Source: an uncultured Nitrospinota bacterium
GTDB lineage: Bacteria; Tectomicrobia; Entotheonellia; J063; CAVPRW01
Direction of reading: 5' to 3'
Length of the DNA: 64,000 nt
Assembly (NCBI GenBank): GCA_963707985.1
Contig: CAVPRW010000041.1
Span: 32,001 to 96,000, forward strand
The notes under the pieces: model-generated
Databases searched by the model: none
The model's input: only the letters and a program-made list of their open reading frames with translations
What the model was told of the DNA's origin: nothing
In this document: positions 38,477 through 48,423 of the stretch, one piece after another
Layout of the letters: the number at the start of each line of letters is the position of its first letter
How positions within the stretch are numbered: the stretch's first letter is position 1
Translations under genes and position numbers: made by a program

Positions 38477-40267
38477 ATGGGAAGCTTTCGCTACTGGCAG
38501 TGGGATGGTTCGCAAGATCCCTTTCATATCGGTGTGGACGATGCCATGGATGCGCTGGCCGACGCGCTCTTACGCTCTGGTGATCTGGACTGGGCGTGGC
38601 AACAGCTCCTTCGCCGTGGTTTCACGTCGGAAGATGGCTACCGTTCCCTGCGCGGACTGGATGACATGCTGCGTGAGGTTGAACGTAAGAAAAAAGAGCT
38701 ACTGAATAAGTACTCCCCGGATTCCTTCAAGCTTGATCAAGAACAGCTTCAACGCCTCATGGAGCAAGCCCAGGCCTATATGGAACGCCTGCAGCAGTTT
38801 ATGGAGCAGGTCATGCAGCGTTTCCCGCAGCACTCCGAACAAATGGGCGAGCGCATGGAGGAGCTCTATCAAAAATATCAGCAACTCAAAGAACGTCTTC
38901 GTGACCGTCTGAGCAAGCGCGGCAAAGGCGAACGCTCACGCTCCCAACGTTCCGAAAGCGAGGCGTTCCAGCAGCTCAGCCAGATGCTCGAGCAGATGAA
39001 CCGCCTCCTCTCCGATCCAAACTTCCTGGAAAATTTTCTGAAAAATCTAGAAGCTTCTGCCGCTGACCTCAATAGCCTCATGCAGAATCTCGACCAGCTC
39101 ACCGATGAGCAGCTTGATCAGCTCATGAGTATGCTCGAACAGATGGAGCAATTGGAAGAACTGCTCAACAAATTTGCCTTCCGGGGCCCAGAAATGATGG
39201 GCATGCAGCAAGGCCAGCAGATTCTCCGCCAGATGCAGCAAATGGAAGATCTGCTTAAATTCGCGCGCTGGGGCTACGGAGACCCTGCCGACATGGACCT
39301 GGAAGCCCTCCGTGAGATTCTGGGCCAGGAAGCCTATGAAGACATGTCCGAGCTGCAACGCCTGCGCCAGATGTTGGAGGAGGCAGGGTTACTGCGGAAC
39401 ACAGGGAACGGGATGCAGCTCACCCCCGCTGGACAACGGAAGATCGGCGCTAAGGCGCTGCGCGACATCTTTAAAGAGATGAAGAAAAGCCTGTTTGGTA
39501 ATCACCAGGCCATCTTGCGTGGGGCCTCGGGTGACCGTTTGGACGAGACGAAAACGTACGAGTTCGGTGACCCCTTCCAGCTAGATATCGGACAAACTCT
39601 GAAAAACGCCGTTATCCGCCAGTACAAGGGAGTGCCGGTGGAGGTCGATCCCGTCGACTTCGAGGTCTACCGCACGGAACTCCTGACCCGCTCATCCACG
39701 GTCATCATGGTGGATCTGTCCCACAGTATGGAGCTCTATGACTACAACCGTTTCACGGCTGCCAAGAAAGTTGCCCTGGCGCTGGAAAGCCTGATTCGCA
39801 CCCAGTTCCCGCGCGATAAGCTCTACATCGTGGGTTTCGGGGACTATGCCCGTGAGATCAAGCTTGGTGATTTGCCCTACCTCACGGTTGGCCCTGAGCA
39901 TACGAATACTCAGGAGGGGCTCGAGCTTTCTCGGAAATTACTGTCGCGTGAAAGCGGCACCAACAAGCAAATTATCATGGTCACGGACGGCCGCCCAACA
40001 GCGGCACGCATCAATGGCCGCCTGTTCATTCATACATGGGGTTTGCACCCTGCCATCTTGGAACAAACTTATCTAGCGGCGGAGCGCTGCCGCCGCAGCC
40101 AAATCACCATCAATACCTTCATGCTGGCTGATGATTACTCGCTGATCCACTTCGTCAAGGAGATGACCCGCATTTGCCGGGGACGGGCGTTTTACACAAC
40201 TCCGAGCCGCTTGGGCGAATATATCTTGGTGGATTACATCAACCGGAAACGCAAGCGGATTGCGTAG
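38477..40267 (+). CDS. VWA domain protein with long helical N-terminus
   Basis: MIDAS DLSHSM, TNTQEGL, MVTDGRP; Q/E/M-rich helical region. Confidence 0.87.
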   Translation: MGSFRYWQWDGSQDPFHIGVDDAMDALADALLRSGDLDWAWQQLLRRGFTSEDGYRSLRGLDDMLREVERKKKELLNKYSPDSFKLDQEQLQRLMEQAQAYMERLQQFMEQVMQRFPQHSEQMGERMEELYQKYQQLKERLRDRLSKRGKGERSRSQRSESEAFQQLSQMLEQMNRLLSDPNFLENFLKNLEASAADLNSLMQNLDQLTDEQLDQLMSMLEQMEQLEELLNKFAFRGPEMMGMQQGQQILRQMQQMEDLLKFARWGYGDPADMDLEALREILGQEAYEDMSELQRLRQMLEEAGLLRNTGNGMQLTPAGQRKIGAKALRDIFKEMKKSLFGNHQAILRGASGDRLDETKTYEFGDPFQLDIGQTLKNAVIRQYKGVPVEVDPVDFEVYRTELLTRSSTVIMVDLSHSMELYDYNRFTAAKKVALALESLIRTQFPRDKLYIVGFGDYAREIKLGDLPYLTVGPEHTNTQEGLELSRKLLSRESGTNKQIIMVTDGRPTAARINGRLFIHTWGLHPAILEQTYLAAERCRRSQITINTFMLADDYSLIHFVKEMTRICRGRAFYTTPSRLGEYILVDYINRKRKRIA

Positions 40268-40857
40268 GGATGCGATATCAGGGCCATGAATTAAGTTAAT
40301 GCGTCTCAACCGTGCCCTACCGGCTGGGCGGGGGTGGTCTCTCCTCTACCGTTGATCAGCCTGGTCCCTAGAGGGAGTAGATCTCTAGTGTGAATTGCAG
40401 GGGCTATCGCTCGGCAAGTGATCCCCCCTTGCGACCGCCTTGCCAAATCGCCGTACCAGCACGGCCTTGGCGCATGTTGTTCCTTCCGGTTCACCTGCTT
40501 CAGCGTCTGCGCTTGCACGTTATCTGCGGGAGCTGGTCTTGCGTCGTGGTGCTGGCACCTCAGTCAGTCTCTCGGCAACCGAGCCGTAGAGGTTTCCCTT
40601 TACATGCCTGCGGGTTTTTGGTAAGGTGAAGTTCCTTCCCTTGTTGAAGCTCTTGCCCTTGTTGGATAGGGGTTGAAGTGGTGCTCCCGCGTCAAACTTC
40701 CTGGTTTGTATCACCGTCCTGCCGTCACGTATTGGAGAGCTGAGCTGCTTCCCGTCCTCCGGGGTGGGCGCGGGAGAGGGGACCCTTGGGACGATGGCGG
40801 GATGAGGTCACAAGTCAGGCGGGTGCCGATGGCGCAGCCCACCTGCCGAGAGTAAAG

Positions 40858-41613
40858 ATGTGGTGGCAACGCCTCTGGGTCGTTTTGCTTTGTCTCCTCA
40901 GTCTTTATGGCTGCATGGGGGCACAGCGTCATGGAGCCCCAGCCCCCTCAGCGACAGAACATTACACCCGAGCGCTGCAGTACCTCTCCATAGGCGCTGC
41001 TGAGGCAGCGGTCAAAGAACTGAATGAGGCTCTGAAGCTAGACCCGACAAACGCCGAATTCCACCACCTTCTGGGGTTTGCTTACCACTATGAGGGGCGC
41101 TATCAGTTTGCTCTAACCCATTACGCCAAAGCCTTGGAAGTAGCCCCAGGCTATGCTGAGGCTCATGTCCATCTGGCGGGCCTGTATTTGGAGCTGGCTC
41201 GTTGGGACGATGCTGTCGCGCAAGGGCGCGAGGCCTTGAAGATCACTACTTATCAGCACCCAGAAATAGCCTACAATAGTCTTGGGCTGGCCTATATGGG
41301 GAAGGGGGACCTGATTTCCGCCCGGCGAGCCTTTCGGGATGCTCTAGCCTATCACGACAACTTTCCCGAAGCCCATCGTAATCTGGGAGCGCTCTACTTT
41401 CAACAAGGACATGTTGACGACGCTATCAGAGAGTTCCGCGAGGCCATACGATTACGTCCGAGCTATGCTGAAGCCCTCCATGACCTGGGAGTCGCCTACC
41501 TCGAGCGTGGCAGTAAGGCAGAGGCCGCTGCCCAGTTTCAGAAGGTGATCCAGCTAGACCCAGAGAGCGAGCTCGCAGAGGTGGCAAAGTGGTACTTGGG
41601 GGCTTTGCCTTGA
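40858..41613 (+). CDS. TPR lipoprotein (PilF/Tgl-like pilotin candidate)
   Basis: Lipobox LYGC; multiple TPR units; upstream of rodZ-like and pil genes. Confidence 0.75.
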   Translation: MWWQRLWVVLLCLLSLYGCMGAQRHGAPAPSATEHYTRALQYLSIGAAEAAVKELNEALKLDPTNAEFHHLLGFAYHYEGRYQFALTHYAKALEVAPGYAEAHVHLAGLYLELARWDDAVAQGREALKITTYQHPEIAYNSLGLAYMGKGDLISARRAFRDALAYHDNFPEAHRNLGALYFQQGHVDDAIREFREAIRLRPSYAEALHDLGVAYLERGSKAEAAAQFQKVIQLDPESELAEVAKWYLGALP

Positions 41614-41716
41614 TTTGACGACTGGCGTTACATCTCTGATCCGCGTCCGCGCGCTGGCATTGCCACACGAGAGGTTGACACGCAGCGTGATGAATGGCTC
41701 GAACGGCAATATGATC

Positions 41717-42409
41717 ATGGCGGATGGTCTTGGCGAATTCCTCCGGCGTGAACGCGAACTTCGTCATATCAGCCTGGACGATGTGGCGGAACGCACGAAA
41801 ATTAGCCGTCGCTATCTGGAAGCCATTGAAGAAGAACGGTATGACCACTTACCCGGCGAGACGTTTGTACGGGGCTTTATCCGTTCCTATGCCCAGTCTG
41901 TCGGCCTCGATCCGGAAGATACATTGCTCATTTACAACCACTCCCGGATGGCTCACGATGTGGTGGAACCGCGGACAGAACGCCTGTCCCCAGCCAGACG
42001 CGTGTGGAATGAACACGTGCTGCTGTGGCTCTTGGTGGCTGGGGTAGTCATCGTCGGTGGGGTGCTCATGAGCGCCGTTAGCCTCCTCAATAGGCCAAAC
42101 CTCGGGCGCTTGGCGTTATCTCCCCGCTCAGACACGGCCAGCACGCAATCGACTGGGGCACCACTGATGCTGACCGTGAGTGCCATCTCTGACACCTGGC
42201 TTCGAGTGACGATTGACGACCAGGAGTCGCAGGACATGGTGCTGCGTGCCGGGCAATCGACCAAATGGCTCGGGCGAGAACGCCTTATCCTTTCCATCGG
42301 GAATGCCCGCACGACGCATCTTAGGCTGAACGGACGCGATCTCATCATCCCGCAGCTAACCCACAGTATCCTCCGCCAGTACACCATCTCCCGTGAAATG
42401 CTCCCGTAG
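41717..42409 (+). CDS. RodZ-like HTH-TM-DUF4115 protein
   Basis: LGEFLRRERE, TKISRRYLEAIEE, FVRGFIRSYA; TM; TWLRVTID...IGNA. Confidence 0.85.
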   Translation: MADGLGEFLRRERELRHISLDDVAERTKISRRYLEAIEEERYDHLPGETFVRGFIRSYAQSVGLDPEDTLLIYNHSRMAHDVVEPRTERLSPARRVWNEHVLLWLLVAGVVIVGGVLMSAVSLLNRPNLGRLALSPRSDTASTQSTGAPLMLTVSAISDTWLRVTIDDQESQDMVLRAGQSTKWLGRERLILSIGNARTTHLRLNGRDLIIPQLTHSILRQYTISREMLP

Positions 42410-42503
42410 CACCTTCACATCCCTAGGGACTTTTTCCTCTTGGTAAGGCGGCTGCTCGATACTTGCCAGACTGTTGACTGCCTCTTCTAAAGAAAGGGAA
42501 CCA

Positions 42504-43397
42504 ATGCTATCGTTCCATGGACAGACATCGCTTTACGGAATCTTTGGCTATCCGATCGGCCATTCCTTGTCTCCACTCATGCATAACACCGCTTTCGCCC
42601 ACCATAGGATCGACGCAGTCTATCTACCATTTGCCGTACGTCCAGTCTATCTCCGGAGGGCGGTCAAATCGATCGCAGCCCTACAGATGGGTGGGGTGAA
42701 TGTGACCATTCCGCATAAACAAGCAGTGCTGGCCTGCATGGACGAATTATCGCCAGAGGCACGCCTGATTGGGGCAGTCAACACGATTCACCTGCAGGAT
42801 GGCCGTCTACACGGGCACAACACTGACGGCATCGGGTTTCTAGAAGCCCTCAATGAGGCGGGTAGCGCTGTGGCAGGTCAGTCTGTCATGCTGTTGGGGG
42901 CCGGCGGCGCGGCTCGAGCCATCGCTGTACAGCTGTGCTTATCGGGCATCCGTCGCTTGTTGCTGGCCAATCGCACCCAGACACGTGCCGAGGACCTTGC
43001 CGCCTTCCTTAAGCAAAATATCCCCCATGCCGATATCAGTGTTATCACCATGGGGGAATCGTCCCTGGCAGCCATGCTGCCGGATACGGATATCGTGGTC
43101 AATGCCACCTCCATCGGGATGCATCCCCAAGATCCCCTGCTCCTCCCATCCACTGCTCTAGGCTCGCGGCACCTGGTCTGCGATATCGTCTATCGTCCCC
43201 TGCAGACCCCGCTATTGCGAGCTGCCCAGCGGCAGGGGGCCCGGACGGTCGATGGGTTGGGCATGTTGCTCCACCAGGGGGCGAAAGCCTTCGAAATCTG
43301 GACTGCACGCGTGTTTCCACTTGCCATGATCCGAGCCCGGTTGCTAGAAGCTGTCGCTGAACAGTCGGCTACCCGTGCTCCGCCGCAGAAAGAGTAA
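42504..43397 (+). CDS. aroE: Shikimate dehydrogenase
   Basis: GHSLSPLMHN, NVTIPHK, GAVNT, NTDG, GAGGAA, GMLLHQG. Confidence 0.96.
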   Translation: MLSFHGQTSLYGIFGYPIGHSLSPLMHNTAFAHHRIDAVYLPFAVRPVYLRRAVKSIAALQMGGVNVTIPHKQAVLACMDELSPEARLIGAVNTIHLQDGRLHGHNTDGIGFLEALNEAGSAVAGQSVMLLGAGGAARAIAVQLCLSGIRRLLLANRTQTRAEDLAAFLKQNIPHADISVITMGESSLAAMLPDTDIVVNATSIGMHPQDPLLLPSTALGSRHLVCDIVYRPLQTPLLRAAQRQGARTVDGLGMLLHQGAKAFEIWTARVFPLAMIRARLLEAVAEQSATRAPPQKE

Positions 43398-43405
43398 ATG
43401 AGGCG

Positions 43406-45103
43406 ATGGCCGCTAGACTTGGTGAACTTCTTCTCCACGCCAACCTGATCACCGAAGCACAACTCGATCAAGCCATTGCCCAGCAGAGAGTTGAGGGAGG
43501 CCGCTTAGGTACTATTCTGACGAAACTCGGCTGGGTCAACGAGGACGATGTTAGTCGGTGCTTGGGCGAGCAGTACGGCATCCCCTATATCAACCTAGAT
43601 AGCCAAACGATACCCCCAGAGGTCATACGCTTGATTCCTTCGGGCATCGTCCAGAGGCATCTTGTGATTCCCCTCCGCAAGGTGGAGACCACGCTGACCA
43701 TGGCTATGGCCGACCCCACCAATGTCTTCGCCGTAGACGACATTAAGTTCATGACCGGCTTGAAGGTCGAGGCAATGGTGGCAACCGAGAGCGCGGTCCG
43801 ACGGGCGATCGATCGCTTCTACGATTCCTCCGAGACGCTCCAGAACATGATGGCCAGCATCGAAGATGCGGGCATGGAGGTCATGGAAGAACAGCGAGAT
43901 ACCAATCCGAACCTCAGCGACCTCAAACAGGCGGTCGAAGAGGCACCCGTCGTCAAGCTCGTCAATCTCATTCTCGCCGAAGCCGCTAAAAAGGGGGCCA
44001 GCGACATCCATGCCGAACCCTATGAAAAGACGTTTCGGGTGCGCTTCCGCATCGACGGTGTGTTATATGAAGTCATGACTCCACCGATGAGCCTCAGAAA
44101 CGCAATTATTTCTAGGTTGAAGATCATGGCGGATCTCGACATTTCCGAACGACGTCTCCCCCAGGATGGACGCATGAAGATCAAATACAAAGGACGCGAG
44201 GTCGATTTCCGGGTCTCTACCTTGCCGACCCTGTTTGGCGAAAAGGTTGTGATGCGTTTGCTCGACAAATCAAACCTGAAATTGGACATGTCCAAGCTGG
44301 GCTTCGGCCCGAAGGCTTTGGCCGACTTTGAAGCCGCTATTCGCGCTCCCTACGGCATGATTCTCGTCACTGGTCCCACTGGGAGCGGTAAGACAACTAC
44401 CCTGTACTCGGCGCTCGATCGTCTAAATCAGCCAGAAACGAACATTATGACCGCTGAGGATCCTGTGGAGTTCAACATCAAAGGAATTAACCAGGTGCAG
44501 ATCCGTGAGAACATCGGACTGACTTTTGCCGCTGCCCTGCGCTCATTCCTCCGGCAAGATCCCGATGTCATCATGGTAGGGGAAATTCGTGACTTTGAAA
44601 CGGCAGAAATTGCCGTCAAGGCCGCATTGACCGGCCACCTAGTGCTGAGCACGTTGCATACCAATGACGCGCCAAGTGCCGTCACTCGCCTGCTGAATAT
44701 GGGCATCGAGCCGTTCTTGGTCGCTTCATCGGTGATTTTGATTTTGGCACAGCGCTTGCTCCGACGAATATGCGTGCATTGTAAGGCACATCTGGTTGTG
44801 CCTTACGAAGCGCTCGTCGACGTTGGTCTCACCCCTGAAGAGGCTGCTTCGTTGACCTGTTACAAAGGCACTGGCTGCGAAGTATGCGGTGGCACCGGCT
44901 ATAAAGGACGAATCGCCATCTATGAGGTAATGACCCTGAGCCCGGACCTACGCGACATGGTGCTGCGTGCTGGCAGTGCGCTGGAGATCAAACAGGGGGC
45001 TATCCAAGATGGCATGCGCACACTGCGTATGAGTGGTCTTGATAAACTAAAAGAGGGTATTACAACGATCGAAGAGGTGGTGCGCGTCACCTTGAACGAT
45101 TAA
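43406..45103 (+). CDS. pilB: Type IV pilus assembly ATPase with MshEN-like N-terminus
   Basis: GPTGSGKTTT, LRQDPD, TGHLVLSTLH, CxxC...CxxC; tandem RLGxxL repeats. Confidence 0.95.
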   Translation: MAARLGELLLHANLITEAQLDQAIAQQRVEGGRLGTILTKLGWVNEDDVSRCLGEQYGIPYINLDSQTIPPEVIRLIPSGIVQRHLVIPLRKVETTLTMAMADPTNVFAVDDIKFMTGLKVEAMVATESAVRRAIDRFYDSSETLQNMMASIEDAGMEVMEEQRDTNPNLSDLKQAVEEAPVVKLVNLILAEAAKKGASDIHAEPYEKTFRVRFRIDGVLYEVMTPPMSLRNAIISRLKIMADLDISERRLPQDGRMKIKYKGREVDFRVSTLPTLFGEKVVMRLLDKSNLKLDMSKLGFGPKALADFEAAIRAPYGMILVTGPTGSGKTTTLYSALDRLNQPETNIMTAEDPVEFNIKGINQVQIRENIGLTFAAALRSFLRQDPDVIMVGEIRDFETAEIAVKAALTGHLVLSTLHTNDAPSAVTRLLNMGIEPFLVASSVILILAQRLLRRICVHCKAHLVVPYEALVDVGLTPEEAASLTCYKGTGCEVCGGTGYKGRIAIYEVMTLSPDLRDMVLRAGSALEIKQGAIQDGMRTLRMSGLDKLKEGITTIEEVVRVTLND

Positions 45104-45252
45104 ACGGACGTCTCAGGATGCACACCCTGGCTTTACCTCCCTCCCTCATTAATTTCTAAAAAAAATCTTTTATATATATCATATAATATCTATAATGGTA
45201 TATTACGATCTTCATGATATGTTGCAGGGTTCCTGTCCAGAAGGATAGAACT

Positions 45253-46464
45253 ATGGGCGTACGCATGTATAGGTGGGAAGGACGGACGCGCGGGGGTATC
45301 CTACACAAGGGTGAGATTGAAGCCGATACCAGAGATGAGGCGATCGCTACCCTTCGTCAACAACATATCGTGGTTACCACGATCAAGCCCAAGCCAAAGG
45401 ACCTTACCCTCCCTGGATTTGGTGGCAAGGTCTCGGAGAAAGACCTCGTTCTCTTTACCAGGCAATTTTCGACCATGATCGACGCGGGCTTGCCGTTAGT
45501 CCAGTGTCTGGATATTCTCAGTAAGCAAGCTGAGAACAAGACATTCGCGACGGCGATCGTGGAAATCAAGAAGGAAGTCGAGGGGGGTACCACCTTTGCG
45601 GATGCCTTGCGCAAATATCCGAAGATTTTTGACGACCTCTACGTTAACTTAGTGCAGGCAGGTGAGATCGGCGGCGTGCTCGACACCACATTCGCCCGCC
45701 TGGCGGGGTATATCGAAAAAGCGCGGTCACTGAAAGGCAAAGTGAAATCCGCGATGGTATATCCCTCAGCCATTATTTTCGTCGCTGTCTCAGTCATTGT
45801 CTTTTTGCTAATATTTGTCATTCCTGTCTTTGCCCAGATGTTTCAGGATTTTGGTGGAACGTTGCCGTGGCCGACTCAGCTTGTCATTGGCCTCAGCAAT
45901 GTGATGAAGAACTATACTCTCTTCGCTATCCCTGTCCTCATCGCTGCCGTTTTCGCGTTCAAGCAGTATTATCGAACCGAGTCAGGAAAGCGGGTGGTGC
46001 ACCGGTATATGCTCAGGATCCCCATTCTGGGCCCCCTCCTGCAAAAGGCGGCGATTGCACGATTCGCCCGCACGCTGAGCACCCTTCTGGGCAGCGGCGT
46101 GCCCATCATCGATAGCCTAGACATCACGGCACGGACCGCCGGCAATAAAGTATTAGAGGATGCAGTGCTGGCGTCGATTGCCAGTATTAAAGAAGGCCAA
46201 ACGCTGGCGACCCCGCTCGGTAAGCACTCGGTGTTCCCTGCGATGGTCGTACAGATGGTAGAAATTGGCGATGTGACTGGCGAGCTAGATCAAATGTTGA
46301 GCAAACTAGCCGATTTTTACGAAGAAGAGGTCGATCGGGCCGTCGAGGCGCTCACTGCGATGTTGGAGCCCATGATGATGGTGTTCCTTGGCACTGCACT
46401 GGGATTCATCATCGTGGCCATGTACCTACCCATCTTCAAGATGGCCTCACTCGTCAGTGACTGA
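45253..46464 (+). CDS. pilC: Type IV pilus inner membrane platform protein
   Basis: FTRQFSTMIDAGLPL, AMVYP, LEPMMM..YLPIF. Confidence 0.93.
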   Translation: MGVRMYRWEGRTRGGILHKGEIEADTRDEAIATLRQQHIVVTTIKPKPKDLTLPGFGGKVSEKDLVLFTRQFSTMIDAGLPLVQCLDILSKQAENKTFATAIVEIKKEVEGGTTFADALRKYPKIFDDLYVNLVQAGEIGGVLDTTFARLAGYIEKARSLKGKVKSAMVYPSAIIFVAVSVIVFLLIFVIPVFAQMFQDFGGTLPWPTQLVIGLSNVMKNYTLFAIPVLIAAVFAFKQYYRTESGKRVVHRYMLRIPILGPLLQKAAIARFARTLSTLLGSGVPIIDSLDITARTAGNKVLEDAVLASIASIKEGQTLATPLGKHSVFPAMVVQMVEIGDVTGELDQMLSKLADFYEEEVDRAVEALTAMLEPMMMVFLGTALGFIIVAMYLPIFKMASLVSD

Positions 46465-46476
46465 AGTGAGCCAAGA

Positions 46477-48225
46477 ATGGTGCATAATCCGAACCGAACC
46501 GCCACCCAGAACCCCTTGATCCGTCGAGTCAAGGGCCTTGTGCTGGGGCGGGTGATCGTGATCACCTTCCTATGGGTCGCGCTAGTCGTGTTAGAACTGA
46601 CCGGCGATCCCACTCCCACGCGACTGCCGTTGACCTACGTCATTCTCATCACCTACGTTCTCACCATCCTCTACGCCTTGGTGCTGCGGTATCAGCCAGA
46701 CCTCGAGCGCTTTTACCGCTGGCAAGTTTGGGTGGACCTACTCCTTGAGACGGCAATCGTCCAGAGCACAGGAGGCCTCGACTCCGGTTTCGTTTTTCTG
46801 TACATCCTATCGATTATTGCGGCCAGCACCGCCCTTCCGAGTCGATCGATTTTCAGTATCGCCGCTTCGGCAAGTGTCCTGTATAGCTTCCTAGTCTATC
46901 TCGATTTTCATGCAATTATTCACCCGCTACCTTCCCCCTTCACGCTCAGAACTGAGGTCATTCCGAGTGGCTCTTATGTGCTGTATGCGACGCTGCTACG
47001 GATGACAGCATTTTGGGTCGTGGCCTTACTCAGTCGATATCTTGCCGAGTCGCTACGCCAGACCGGTCAGGTCGTCCAGGAGCAGAGGGCGCGTCTGATA
47101 GGCCTGCATGCTTTCCACGAAAATGTCGTGAATAGCATGAACAGTGGACTACTCATCACTGATATGAGCGGGCAAGTGGTCTCATCGAATCATGCTGCTG
47201 AACGCATCCTCCAGCTCCCGCTAGGGGGTCGGCAAGGCTGGTTGGCACAGGAGGTGTTGAATTTTATCAAGCTCGATGAGATTGCGATGAAGAGCGAAAC
47301 ATTTGAGCAGGGGCTCAATCGGTTCGAGGGCTTGTTCAAGCTCACAGATGGAAAGGAAATCATGTTGGGCGTCTCTTATTCCCCGCTACGAGATGACCAA
47401 GGGACAATCCGAGGATTGATCTTCAATTTTCAAGATATTACCTTGATCCGTGCCATGGAAGCCGAGATCAAACGGGGCGAGCAGTTGGCCGCCGTTGGTC
47501 GCCTGTCGGCCGCCATTGCCCATGAAATTCGAAACCCACTGGCCTCGGTCAGTGGCTCTATCCAACTCCTGCGCGCTGAACTTGCCCTCGATGAATCGAA
47601 CCAACGGCTGATGGAAATCATTGCCCACGAGATCCAGCGTCTGAACACGATTATCACCGATTTCTTGGCCTACGCCCGACCAATGCCGTTGCAGTATGCC
47701 GAGATTGATATTCACAAACTGATCTCAGGGACGCTGCATCTCCTTCAGCAGGGGCTACCGGAGGGGAGTGCCGTGTCCATCTGCACTGAGTTTGCACCTA
47801 CGGTCCCAGTAATCGCGGTTGACCCTCAGGGATTGCGACAAGTGCTCTGGAATCTGTGTTTGAACGCTGTCGAAGCCATGCATTACCAAGGTACTTTGAC
47901 CGTCTGCACTGCGCTACAGCTGCAGTCGCATCAGCCCTATCGCAGCAGCAGGCCACTAACCACCCCCGCCCAGGAGTTGATTATCGATGTATTGGATACA
48001 GGGCCTGGTATGCCCCTAGAGGTCACGGAAAAAATCTTTGAGCCCTTCTATAGCACAAAAGACGGGGGTACTGGTCTGGGTCTAGCGACGGTCGACCGAA
48101 TCATTTATAATCATAAAGGCAAGATCGAGGTCAACAGCCAGTTAGGCCATGGGACCACGATGCGTATCCATCTGCCATTACTATCGCATACAGCCGGTAG
48201 CGCCGGCATCCCTGGTGGTGAGTAG
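46477..48225 (+). CDS. pilS: PilS-like sensor histidine kinase
   Basis: Six TM, PAS, AHEIRNPL H-box, N box, DTGPG, GTGLGL; follows pilC. Confidence 0.82.
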   Translation: MVHNPNRTATQNPLIRRVKGLVLGRVIVITFLWVALVVLELTGDPTPTRLPLTYVILITYVLTILYALVLRYQPDLERFYRWQVWVDLLLETAIVQSTGGLDSGFVFLYILSIIAASTALPSRSIFSIAASASVLYSFLVYLDFHAIIHPLPSPFTLRTEVIPSGSYVLYATLLRMTAFWVVALLSRYLAESLRQTGQVVQEQRARLIGLHAFHENVVNSMNSGLLITDMSGQVVSSNHAAERILQLPLGGRQGWLAQEVLNFIKLDEIAMKSETFEQGLNRFEGLFKLTDGKEIMLGVSYSPLRDDQGTIRGLIFNFQDITLIRAMEAEIKRGEQLAAVGRLSAAIAHEIRNPLASVSGSIQLLRAELALDESNQRLMEIIAHEIQRLNTIITDFLAYARPMPLQYAEIDIHKLISGTLHLLQQGLPEGSAVSICTEFAPTVPVIAVDPQGLRQVLWNLCLNAVEAMHYQGTLTVCTALQLQSHQPYRSSRPLTTPAQELIIDVLDTGPGMPLEVTEKIFEPFYSTKDGGTGLGLATVDRIIYNHKGKIEVNSQLGHGTTMRIHLPLLSHTAGSAGIPGGE

Positions 48226-48423
48226 CGTATACGTCCCTTCGTGGCTACACCTCTATCGCCATTTGTAGTCCTGTCAGGTCGCATAAACATGGGGCGCAGG
48301 GTCATGAACCGGTGAAACAACCTTTTGGTGGCTGCTTCGGAGCGTAGTTCCCGGCCAAACGCTGCTAGGGTCATAATTATCAACGGCGCTGTCGGTTGGT
48401 AGATACTGAGAACCCATTTCCTG

